Positions 1 to 7,317 are shown, numbered from the stretch's first letter. The stretch: DNA of 24,260 nt from Thermodesulfobacteriota bacterium (GCA_029246845.1 JAQWMJ010000027.1:1-24260), one strand, 5' to 3'. The notes: generated from the letters alone by a model not told the origin. Program-made: numbers and translations.

Positions 1-240
1 CCGGGAGCAACAGCTTATTTAATAACAAATAGATTTTCGACATTGATAATATTAAGTATCTCTATAGGTTCGGTAACATCGTTTTGCGGATCCTATTTAA
101 GTTATTTTATTGATGGTGCAACCGGGGGAGTTATTGTTCTACTGCTAACAATAGTTTTCTTTGTTGCTTTTATTTTTAATAATAATGGTAATCCTATGTT
201 TTGGGAGAAAGACAAAAGAGGCTTACTTAAAGATGTTTGA
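1..240 (+). CDS. sitC: Mn/Fe ABC transporter permease, 3' part (truncated by window start)
   Basis: Frame 1 is open from base 1: PGATAYLITNRF...GSYLSYFIDGATGGVIVLL, the typical C-terminus of ABC-3 (SitC/YfeC) permeases. The stop overlaps the start of the next permease. Confidence 0.8.
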   Translation, partial: PGATAYLITNRFSTLIILSISIGSVTSFCGSYLSYFIDGATGGVIVLLLTIVFFVAFIFNNNGNPMFWEKDKRGLLKDV

Positions 241-1063
241 ATTCATTGAGATGCTAATAATTCCATTTACTTTTGGATTTATGCAAAAAGCATTTCTTAT
301 GTCTGTTATCATCGCAATACCTATGTCAATTCTTTCATGCTACCTTGTCCTCAGAGGTTGGTCATTAATGGGAGATGCTATATCTCACGCAGTCTTACCA
401 GGAATTGTTATAGCATATATTTTTCAAATAGCTCTCGCTATTGGTGCTTTTATTGCTGGTGTTTGCTGCGCCTTACTTTCGGGTTACATAAAAGCTAATA
501 CCAGGATTAAGCAGGATTCAGTCTTGGGAATTGTTTTTTCTGGGATGTTCGCATTAGGTTTGATTTTATATTTAAAGATAGAAACAGAGATTCATTTGGA
601 CCATATTCTATTTGGAAATATATTAGGATTATCATGGAACGACGTTTTTCAGAGCTTAATTCTTGCTGGTATTTGTACTATTTTTATATTAATTAAAAGA
701 TTAGACCTTCTTGTTAATATTTTCGATAATCAGCATGCAAAAGCAATAGGTATTAACGTTTCAAAATTAAATTATATTTTCTTAGCTGTACTATCTCTTG
801 CTATAGTGGCATCTATCGAATCCAGTGGGATAATATTAGGTATTGCAATGTTAATTATACCAGGAGCAATTTCTTTTCTTATTTCAAAAGATTTTATTAG
901 AATGCTTAAATATTCTGTAGTTATATCAGTTTCATGTTCAATTTTTGGAGTTTATCTAAGCTTTTTCATAGATAGCGCTCCAGCACCAACTATAGTGCTG
1001 ATAATGACAATAGTATTTATTTTTTGCTTCTTTAAACAAACAAGTAAAGCACAAAAAGTTTAA
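233..1063 (+). CDS. sitD: Mn/Fe ABC transporter permease (ABC-3 family)
   Basis: Motifs LVLRGWSLMGDAISHAVLPG, GIVFSGMFALG, HLDHILFGNILG, IDSAPAPTIVL. Start placed at ATG 233 (MFEFIEML) rather than TTG 161, which lies deep in the upstream gene. Confidence 0.88.
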   Translation: MFEFIEMLIIPFTFGFMQKAFLMSVIIAIPMSILSCYLVLRGWSLMGDAISHAVLPGIVIAYIFQIALAIGAFIAGVCCALLSGYIKANTRIKQDSVLGIVFSGMFALGLILYLKIETEIHLDHILFGNILGLSWNDVFQSLILAGICTIFILIKRLDLLVNIFDNQHAKAIGINVSKLNYIFLAVLSLAIVASIESSGIILGIAMLIIPGAISFLISKDFIRMLKYSVVISVSCSIFGVYLSFFIDSAPAPTIVLIMTIVFIFCFFKQTSKAQKV

Positions 1064-1515
1064 GTTTTTTTATCGGCACATTCTTTACAGAAACCGTAAA
1101 AATGCATCTCATGGCCTAGTGTTTTAAATCCCTTTTCTTTTAGTATTTTCTTGTACATCTTTTCTTCACCAAAATCTGGAAATTCTATATTTTCTTTGCA
1201 TGATATACAAAATGCATGGTGGTGGGGTTTTTCATCAAAGACAAACTCAAAATGCTGATGTTTCTCACCAAAAGCGGTTTTTCTTATAACTAAAGATTTA
1301 ACTAATTCATTTAAAGTTCTGTACAAAGTGGCTCTAGATACAGAGTCCTTTTTTATTTTTAATAAATCTTCAGCACCAAAATGATTATCCATTTTAGTTA
1401 TCAAGTTAAAAACCTCGATTCTTGCTTTAGTTAGCCTGAGATTGTTCTTGTCTAGATAATTAACAAACTTTTTTTGTTCAACAACAATTTTATTTCTTTG
1501 TTCTTTGGTTACCAT
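1060..1515 (-). CDS. Fur-family metalloregulator (Fur/Zur/Mur type)
   Basis: LRLTKARIEV, HFGAEDL, SRATLYRTL helix-turn-helix, HHHAFCISC and C-terminal GFCKEC (two CxxC). Converges on the metal ABC transporter. Confidence 0.92.
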   Translation of the reverse strand: MVTKEQRNKIVVEQKKFVNYLDKNNLRLTKARIEVFNLITKMDNHFGAEDLLKIKKDSVSRATLYRTLNELVKSLVIRKTAFGEKHQHFEFVFDEKPHHHAFCISCKENIEFPDFGEEKMYKKILKEKGFKTLGHEMHFYGFCKECADKKT

Positions 1516-1555
1516 TGTTATATAAAAAATATCATTTAGAAATTAATTTGTAAAA

Positions 1556-2299
1556 CTATTTTCTGACAATTATTTCTTTTAAGATTGCTTGAGTTTCTTC
1601 TAAGTAGAATATATCTAAAAACTCTTCAATGCTTTCATCGGAATCATTTAATTGATCTCCTATGTTCTTTGAAAGCTCTCGTTTCATATTTTTTATTATT
1701 ACATTGCTTTTACTTTTAAATGTACTCCCAAGTTGTAATGAATATTCTAATAGCTCCTCCTTGGGATGTAGTGAGTTAATTAGGCCAATTTTTAAAGCTT
1801 CATCAGGGTTGATTAAATTTCCATTTAATAGTAAATTTTTAGAATTATTCATACCCACAGAGCTTTTCAGCATATAAATAGTGCTAGAAAATAATGATAA
1901 TCCAATGTTAATTTCATTTAACGCAATTTTTGCTCTTTCATCTACCATATTTTTAAAGTCACAACTTAAAGCAATCATGCAGCCTGCACCTGTTGCATGG
2001 CCATTCACCGAAGCTATTGTAATTTTTTTAGAAAGATAAAGGCTCTTGCATATTTCTAGTAATTTATGAATTGAATTCTTAAGCTCACTTCTTTTAAGTA
2101 TTAGGAAAGCTGGGATATCTAAACCAAAAGAAAAAAAACTTCCAGACCCCGTTATAAGTATTACATTTGTGGTTTCATCTATCTCAGCATCATTGATTAC
2201 CTTCTTAAGCATATCCAGCATATTGTTATCAATAGCATTTACCTTCGGTTTATTAATTGTGATTATGGATACATTCTCATTTCTACTAGATTCTATCAT
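1556..2299 (-). CDS. Enoyl-CoA hydratase/isomerase family (delta3-delta2-enoyl-CoA isomerase-like)
   Basis: Crotonase motifs PKVNAID, FFSFGLDI, VNGHATGAGCMIALSCD, IALNEINIGL, EALKIGLI. Confidence 0.9.
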   Translation of the reverse strand: MIESSRNENVSIITINKPKVNAIDNNMLDMLKKVINDAEIDETTNVILITGSGSFFSFGLDIPAFLILKRSELKNSIHKLLEICKSLYLSKKITIASVNGHATGAGCMIALSCDFKNMVDERAKIALNEINIGLSLFSSTIYMLKSSVGMNNSKNLLLNGNLINPDEALKIGLINSLHPKEELLEYSLQLGSTFKSKSNVIIKNMKRELSKNIGDQLNDSDESIEEFLDIFYLEETQAILKEIIVRK

Positions 2300-2745
2300 T
2301 CTTTATCCCTAGCCCTTTTTTGATAAATTATCATTTGAGTACATCTAAAAAGAGCAATAACTTTTAGACTTTTTTCTTCAAAGATTTTAGAGTCCCATAC
2401 ATGAAGAGTCTTGCCTTTATGAATGAGGGTTGCCTCACAAACTATTATTCCCCTTTGAACTGCTGAAATAAAGTTAGTTTTGAGCTCTATAGTTGCAAAC
2501 ATTTGATCTTTTTTAAGGTGATACATGGTGCCAAAACCGCATGCAGTATCTGCTAAGCTCGTTATTGCTCCACCATGGATAAGACCGTTTGGAGCCATTA
2601 TTACTTTGGATACTTTTAGCTTAGCAACGGCACCTTGCTTGTTAATTTTTGCAATCTTAATTCCTAGATGTGATACAAATGAATCTTTGGCTAAAGAATT
2701 CATCTGTTTAACATTTAAAATCTTAGAGAAATCAATTTTCTTCAT
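2296..2745 (-). CDS. PaaI-family hotdog-fold acyl-CoA thioesterase
   Basis: PNGLIHGGAITSLADTACG and TIELKTNFI motifs. 4-bp ATGA overlap with the crotonase gene. Confidence 0.92.
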   Translation of the reverse strand: MKKIDFSKILNVKQMNSLAKDSFVSHLGIKIAKINKQGAVAKLKVSKVIMAPNGLIHGGAITSLADTACGFGTMYHLKKDQMFATIELKTNFISAVQRGIIVCEATLIHKGKTLHVWDSKIFEEKSLKVIALFRCTQMIIYQKRARDKE

Positions 2746-2794
2746 AAATTTTATGATAGCATAATAAGCTTATTTCCTAATACAGTTTTATTAA

Positions 2795-3418
2795 TTAGCT
2801 AAAGAAGATGAATAACCCACCAATTATTAACGCATAAGACCATAAATAATCAAAGTTCACCCATGCTGTTCTTAGTATCCTAAGTCCTATTACTTTATAT
2901 ACAAAATATGCTATTGTAGTGGAGATAATTATCATTCCTGCCATATGTGACACTAAGGGTAGAAGACCACTTTTAAATATATGGACCACGGAATGATGAC
3001 CCGATTGAGTATTAAATCCTGGAATCAACATAAGTCCTGCGCCGTGTGATGAGGCCATTAAGAAAGACCATATTGCAAGATCAACATTTCCCACATTCAT
3101 TTTAACCCAGTTCATATGGGCACGATCATAAATTTTATACGCTCCAAAAATAATTAACACAGATGCAAAGAAAATTTTAGTATATTGTAGTGGGACTATA
3201 TTCTTAAGAGTCTCAAATATGGCTAATGTAACTATAAGCGAGGCTAGGTGTCCAACAGCTATTGGTATTTGACTAGTAAATATCTTTCTAGTCGATTCCT
3301 TTTGCATAGCAATTGAGACACTAAAAAGCCATCCCATCCCAGGGTTTATTCCATGATAAACCCCAAGAGTAAGAAAAAATAGTAAAGAGTGTTCCATAAC
3401 TTCCATTGCAAGCTCCAT
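2795..3418 (-). CDS. Multi-pass membrane protein with intramembrane His motifs, partner of the SBP56 gene
   Basis: About 6 hydrophobic segments with motifs GVYHGINPGMGW, VGHLAS, ASSHGAGLML, VSHMAGM, LRTAWVNFD. Lies 24 bp downstream of SBP56. The true start may be ATG 3406, which has GGAG 6 nt upstream. Confidence 0.75.
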   Translation of the reverse strand: MELAMEVMEHSLLFFLTLGVYHGINPGMGWLFSVSIAMQKESTRKIFTSQIPIAVGHLASLIVTLAIFETLKNIVPLQYTKIFFASVLIIFGAYKIYDRAHMNWVKMNVGNVDLAIWSFLMASSHGAGLMLIPGFNTQSGHHSVVHIFKSGLLPLVSHMAGMIIISTTIAYFVYKVIGLRILRTAWVNFDYLWSYALIIGGLFIFFS

Positions 3419-3442
3419 ACTTCAGAATAATATTATTTAAAA

Positions 3443-4834
3443 CTATTCTTCGTTTGGATAACAAAACGAATCTGATGAAGCATCTCCGCCCTGTAGCCTA
3501 ACTTGGTGTGTTCTTTGGTCTCCGAAGTCCATGAAGAAGTCTTTATCTAGTGTTATTCCACCTGATAAATCTACATCAGCTTTAACAAACCAGCCTTTTA
3601 TATCATCGTAAAATTGATCGTCCCAACTACTGTAAAGTGAGTTAGTAAAATAAAGTCTTTTACCATCCCTACTTAGTTCGACCATCTGTGGACCACCTGT
3701 TGCTGGACTACCATTAGGATGAGCTTTTTTCTTTGCCACCCCGCCGATTTCAACCATTCCTACTAATTTAGGTTTAAATGGATCTGAAACATCATACTGG
3801 TGAAGTTCTCCAGTACCCCAGCAGGAAACGTATAAAAACTTATCATCCAATGATAAATTTATGTCTGTTATTAGTGGTGGAACAGCCCCAAATTGTTTAA
3901 GTGGTGCGGGTAGATCTTCTACTGCTGCAGGCTGCGCTGGTATAGTTATAGTTTTTTTAATTTTCCACTCATCTTTCTCAAGATACCATGTCCAAATAGA
4001 TGCTGATAAATCTTGAGTGTTGACTACTACGCCAACAAAACCATAAGTATTTTTTGGATTCTTAGATGGCCTAAGTTCTAATACCATCTGATGTTCCTTT
4101 CCTAGATCTAATTCATGTAGATGATTATGTGTTTTTAAATCCCATATATGAAGCTTGTGACCATATCTTCCTGCCACAGCAGCTTCCAGATTTAGCCCAT
4201 TTTCAAAAAGATCTGGAGTACCCCATTCTGAGGTTATTACTCTGTCGTGACCTAAATGCCACCAGAAATCATATGCATAGTGTTGAGGACCTCTATCTTT
4301 TTCCCATTGTCCTTTTATTTCTAAAGTAAGGTGATCCATTAGGAATATTCCACCAGGCCCTTCTCCTGATTCAGTTCCACCACCCAAGGCACTAACATAA
4401 ATACCTTCAGGACCGCAATGAATAGTATGAGGCCTACTGTAGCCAGTTTTTTTCATTAATTCCTCAGGCTCAATAGTTTTGATTATTTTAGGGTCTTTTG
4501 GATTATCTTTTGTGTCTACAATATACATTCTTGAAGATCTTAATCCTGGGATAAGTAGATATCTCCTTTCAACGTCTGGGTGAGGAGCATATGGGCACAA
4601 ATGAGCACTACATGCATTCCAACCAAAGTGATGTAATTCATCTCCAATATTAGGAAGTGTTAGTTCTCCAACTTTTGATAAGTATGAATCTGATTCTGGA
4701 TTCACATCTACGGTTGAAAGAGAGTCAGGCTTACCATGAACATTTAGTGTTGCAATATAAGCAAGTTCTTCCTTTGGTGCCTCCATTGCCATTTTAGCAG
4801 TGGGGTAAAAAGTTTTATCAGCAGTCATTCCCAT
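3443..4834 (-). CDS. SBP56/SELENBP1-family protein, putative cytoplasmic methanethiol oxidase
   Basis: Family motifs GDELHHFGWNACS, PHTIHC, YDFWW, ITDINLSLDDKFLYVSCW, GGPQMVELSRDGKRLYFTNSLYSSWDDQFY, HQVRLQGGD. No signal peptide. Strong SD. Family call is firm; MTO activity is inferred from human SELENBP1 and bacterial MtoX. Confidence 0.93.
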   Translation of the reverse strand: MGMTADKTFYPTAKMAMEAPKEELAYIATLNVHGKPDSLSTVDVNPESDSYLSKVGELTLPNIGDELHHFGWNACSAHLCPYAPHPDVERRYLLIPGLRSSRMYIVDTKDNPKDPKIIKTIEPEELMKKTGYSRPHTIHCGPEGIYVSALGGGTESGEGPGGIFLMDHLTLEIKGQWEKDRGPQHYAYDFWWHLGHDRVITSEWGTPDLFENGLNLEAAVAGRYGHKLHIWDLKTHNHLHELDLGKEHQMVLELRPSKNPKNTYGFVGVVVNTQDLSASIWTWYLEKDEWKIKKTITIPAQPAAVEDLPAPLKQFGAVPPLITDINLSLDDKFLYVSCWGTGELHQYDVSDPFKPKLVGMVEIGGVAKKKAHPNGSPATGGPQMVELSRDGKRLYFTNSLYSSWDDQFYDDIKGWFVKADVDLSGGITLDKDFFMDFGDQRTHQVRLQGGDASSDSFCYPNEE

Positions 4835-4839
4835 TTTAT

Positions 4840-4845
4840 TCCTCC
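4840..4845 (-). promoter_or_regulatory. Shine-Dalgarno site of the SBP56 gene
   Basis: Minus strand reads GATGGAGGAATAAAATG; GGAGG ends 6 nt before the ATG at 4834. Confidence 0.85.
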
Positions 4846-4848
4846 ATC

Positions 4849-4877
4849 TTGACCTTAAAAATTAATTATAAAGTCAA
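4849..4877. promoter_or_regulatory. Imperfect 29-bp palindrome (RNA hairpin or operator) next to the SBP56 SD
   Basis: TTGACCTTAAAAATTAATTATAAAGTCAA; outer arms TTGAC/GTCAA are perfect and 8 of the outer 10 positions are symmetric. Confidence 0.5.
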
Positions 4878-4908
4878 AAATAATTAAATTTTAATTCTTC
4901 AATAAATA

Positions 4909-4977
4909 CTATTTGAAGCTACAACAACAACAGTTTAATAGGGAAAAACATGAATAATCTTTAGAAATGAATAACAT
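4909..4977 (-). CDS. Putative polycysteine leader peptide (22 aa, MLFISKDYSCFSLLNCCCCSFK)
   Basis: ATG 4977-4975, TAG 4911-4909, four consecutive TGT codons at 4932-4921 and a fifth Cys at 4950-4948. GGAG SD at 4987-4984, 6 nt from the ATG. Lies between the riboswitch and SBP56. Confidence 0.65.
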   Translation of the reverse strand: MLFISKDYSCFSLLNCCCCSFK

Positions 4978-5007
4978 ATTAAACTCCATCGTGAAATTTG
5001 TAACTCA

Positions 5008-5037
5008 AGAGAAAGACAAAGAAACTGTCTTTTCTCC
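5008..5037 (-). promoter_or_regulatory. Hairpin overlapping the riboswitch 3' end (putative expression platform)
   Basis: GGAGAAAAGACA-GUUUCUU-UGUCUUUCUCU: about 11 bp with one bulged A. It uses the same GGAG as the aptamer pseudoknot. Confidence 0.55.
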
Positions 5038-5086
5038 GTTTAGCAAGTATTTAAAGTCGCTGCAATTAGAGTTAAATGACGACTTT
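5034..5086 (-). ncRNA. SAM-II (SAM_alpha class) riboswitch aptamer
   Basis: Minus strand AAAGUCGU-CAUUUAACUCUAAUUGCA-GCGACUUU-AAAUACUU-GCUAAA-C-GGAG. It has an 8-bp P1 (AAAGUCGU/GCGACUUU), the AUUU loop, UUGC pairing with GC(U)AA, an A-rich linker, the invariant GCUAAA, and CUCU/GGAG extending the pseudoknot. This matches the SAM-II pattern as I recall it. Confidence 0.85.
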
Positions 5087-5091
5087 CTAAT

Positions 5092-5120
5092 ATAGTAGTA
5101 TTTTTTATAAATAAAATCAA
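5092..5120 (-). promoter_or_regulatory. Sigma70-like promoter for the riboswitch-leader-SBP56 transcript
   Basis: TTGATT (5120-5115), 17 nt spacer, TACTAT (5097-5092). The predicted start at about 5086 coincides with the first base of riboswitch P1. Confidence 0.55.
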
Positions 5121-5190
5121 TAAATATTTGCTTTATAGGCCAATAAGATTTGTATTATTGATTTTATTACTTATTATTCATAGCATAATT

Positions 5191-7317
5191 ATGGAAAAAT
5201 TCCTTGATACCATTAAAAATAATCCATTTTTCTCCAAAAATAAGGTTTTAATTTTAGACCTGATTCTTCTTTCTTGGGTTTGCTATGTTTTGTTCCCTCT
5301 CTTAAGCATTGGATTTATTTCTGATGAAGCCTACAATTCACAAATTTTGGGTAAAAATATATCCGAGGGAGTTACATTGTGGGAAAGAGTGTATTCCGAA
5401 ATCCATGGCTGGCTAACTGGGTCTGGTAGATTCTGGCCATTTAACTGGTTTTATAAGTATGGTCTTTACACGCTTCAACCGACCACTTTTGTTGTAAAAC
5501 TAATAACTTTAATTATTGTGGCTTTGAATGTCTTATTTTATGCAAAGATAATTCAATTTATAACCAAAGATAGAAACTTATCTTATATTTGTGCATTTAT
5601 AGTACCTATATTCTTCCAATTTAGACTCTGGCATGACCCTATAATGGCTTTTACTTTTATGATACCACTCATATCTCTATTCTTGTTCTCAACCACATAT
5701 CTTTTAATTAATTATTTGGAAGAAAATAAGCTTGGTACAATTTCTATGTTTGGATTCTTATATTTACTATCTCTTTGGACTTATGAGCTTACTTATGTGT
5801 TTGTAAGTTTCTACGTCCTTATTATTATTTTTGCTAAGGAAAGAAGGGGTTGGTGGAAACCTTTCTTACTAATTGTTGCGATGACTTCTCTGCATGTGTT
5901 TATCACAATCTACTTTAAAGATCCTAATAGAAATGAGTATCCTGGTTCAGCTCTAAACTTTGATTATCAGGTTATCTTTTCTTCGCTTTTAGTTCAGATA
6001 ACTTCAGCATTTCCGTTATCTTGGAAGATAGCCAATGCTCCTGCTCATGAATCCCTCACTAAAATTACTTATTCAGTGCTCTTAATATTTTCCTTTTTCT
6101 CTTTTATTGTCACCGCTCAGTTAAATAAAGTTAAAGGTAGTTTGTCAGGAACTAGCACGTCAATTAAGTTGTTTATTTTTTCTTTAGCCCTATTGTTTGT
6201 TCCCGCAATACCCATTGTGCTAACCGGACATCAACATGAGCTAATAGAAATGGGTTTTGGGTATGGGTATATTGTAGTTTTTATTCAATATTTTGGTACC
6301 TCTGCTTTATTTATATATTTAATATATTATATAAAAAACAGATATTTTTTTAAGAACCATCCAAACAGAGCTTTTATCTTAGTTTTTTTAATTATAGTTT
6401 CTATTGGTTATTTAACTAGACTGGAAAATTCTTTCGTATCACATGAAGTTAATAAGGCATATAAATATCCTAGAGATTTATTGAGAAAATCAATTGAAAG
6501 TGGAATTCTGGACCACGTATCTAGCGATTCTTTATTACTTAGGAATGGAAGGTATCCCTCTGATCACCCATGGTTCTATGCTATGAAAATGGGTAGGGCG
6601 ATGAATCTTTGTGGTATCAATGAACCCAAAGAGTTTCCAAACTGTATAGATGTCAAAGAGGATAAGAACGATATATATGGATTAGCATATTTTTTAAGTA
6701 GCGATTATAAGACTGGATCTGTCTTTGTAGCAAGATTAAGTGACGTGGTTATAAAAGAAGGGATTCCGATGTCTATGAGATTTAACGATTATAAAATTTA
6801 TAATTCAAAAACAAATGAGCTTAGTGAAGTTAACTCTTCAAAAACCTATTATTTATTAAAAATATCTAACACTGAGTTGGGAACAACTACTTTGGATTAC
6901 GACATTAGAGACTATGAAATAGATGAAATATTTTATGGTTTTAAAGGTTTTTATTCTAGAGAGAGCGGAAAGCGAGGCTATCTACGATGGTCACCAGGTG
7001 ACTCTACTATGGTAATAGAAAATTCTACAGATAAATCTTTAAAAAAGACATTGTCTCTCATTTTGATAAGGCCAAATTCCAAATTCCAACACGCTTCAGT
7101 GTCTATTACTCATACAATCCCTGATAGCAGGGGATTTTTAGAAATGAGTAGATACTTCGTATTAGGTCAAAAAGAAATTGAAATAGTACTCAACCTAAAG
7201 CCAGGTGTTAATTATTTAAATTTTAAAAGTGATTCACATCACATTGATAACGGTGACCCGAGAAACATTGTATACGGGATTGGTAATTATAAGCTCAACG
7301 ATTTTGTTGAGTATTAG
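5191..7317 (+). CDS. Polytopic membrane protein, putative GT-C fold glycosyltransferase with extracytoplasmic C-terminal domains (paralog 1)
   Basis: Acidic motif GFISDEAY after the first TM, GRFWP, YE motif, more than 10 TM segments and a soluble C-terminal region ending DNGDPRNIVYGI. Start moved to ATG 5191 because MEKFLDTIKN aligns with the paralog's MEKIISILKN. Confidence 0.65.
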   Translation: MEKFLDTIKNNPFFSKNKVLILDLILLSWVCYVLFPLLSIGFISDEAYNSQILGKNISEGVTLWERVYSEIHGWLTGSGRFWPFNWFYKYGLYTLQPTTFVVKLITLIIVALNVLFYAKIIQFITKDRNLSYICAFIVPIFFQFRLWHDPIMAFTFMIPLISLFLFSTTYLLINYLEENKLGTISMFGFLYLLSLWTYELTYVFVSFYVLIIIFAKERRGWWKPFLLIVAMTSLHVFITIYFKDPNRNEYPGSALNFDYQVIFSSLLVQITSAFPLSWKIANAPAHESLTKITYSVLLIFSFFSFIVTAQLNKVKGSLSGTSTSIKLFIFSLALLFVPAIPIVLTGHQHELIEMGFGYGYIVVFIQYFGTSALFIYLIYYIKNRYFFKNHPNRAFILVFLIIVSIGYLTRLENSFVSHEVNKAYKYPRDLLRKSIESGILDHVSSDSLLLRNGRYPSDHPWFYAMKMGRAMNLCGINEPKEFPNCIDVKEDKNDIYGLAYFLSSDYKTGSVFVARLSDVVIKEGIPMSMRFNDYKIYNSKTNELSEVNSSKTYYLLKISNTELGTTTLDYDIRDYEIDEIFYGFKGFYSRESGKRGYLRWSPGDSTMVIENSTDKSLKKTLSLILIRPNSKFQHASVSITHTIPDSRGFLEMSRYFVLGQKEIEIVLNLKPGVNYLNFKSDSHHIDNGDPRNIVYGIGNYKLNDFVEY
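6878..6917 (+). repeat. 40-bp perfect direct repeat, copy 1 (copy 2 at 9070-9109)
   Basis: TGGGAACAACTACTTTGGATTACGACATTAGAGACTATGA is identical in both paralogs. Confidence 0.9.

Noticed and set aside
161..232. Longer TTG start for the second permease
   Set aside because: It overlaps the upstream permease by 80 nt; the family-like N-terminus starts at ATG 233.
3443..4834. Selenoprotein (Sec/SECIS) interpretation of the selenium-binding protein
   Set aside because: No in-frame TGA, and the SBP56 family does not encode selenocysteine.
4921..4932. (ACA)4 as a simple microsatellite or phase-variation tract
   Set aside because: Too short for slippage switching and in frame as Cys codons behind an SD-ATG. 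Kept only as the null hypothesis for the uORF.
5008..5037. Intrinsic terminator
   Set aside because: No U-tract follows the stem on either strand.
4967..5095. 42-aa plus-strand ORF (MNNILNSIVK...DDFLI) across the intergenic region
   Set aside because: No SD and no recognisable motif. It is antisense to the riboswitch and uORF start, which explain the sequence better.
5128..5190. TTG-start extension of paralog 1
   Set aside because: Similarity to paralog 2 begins at ATG 5191, and the extension contains a promoter-like TTGATT-17-TAGCAT.
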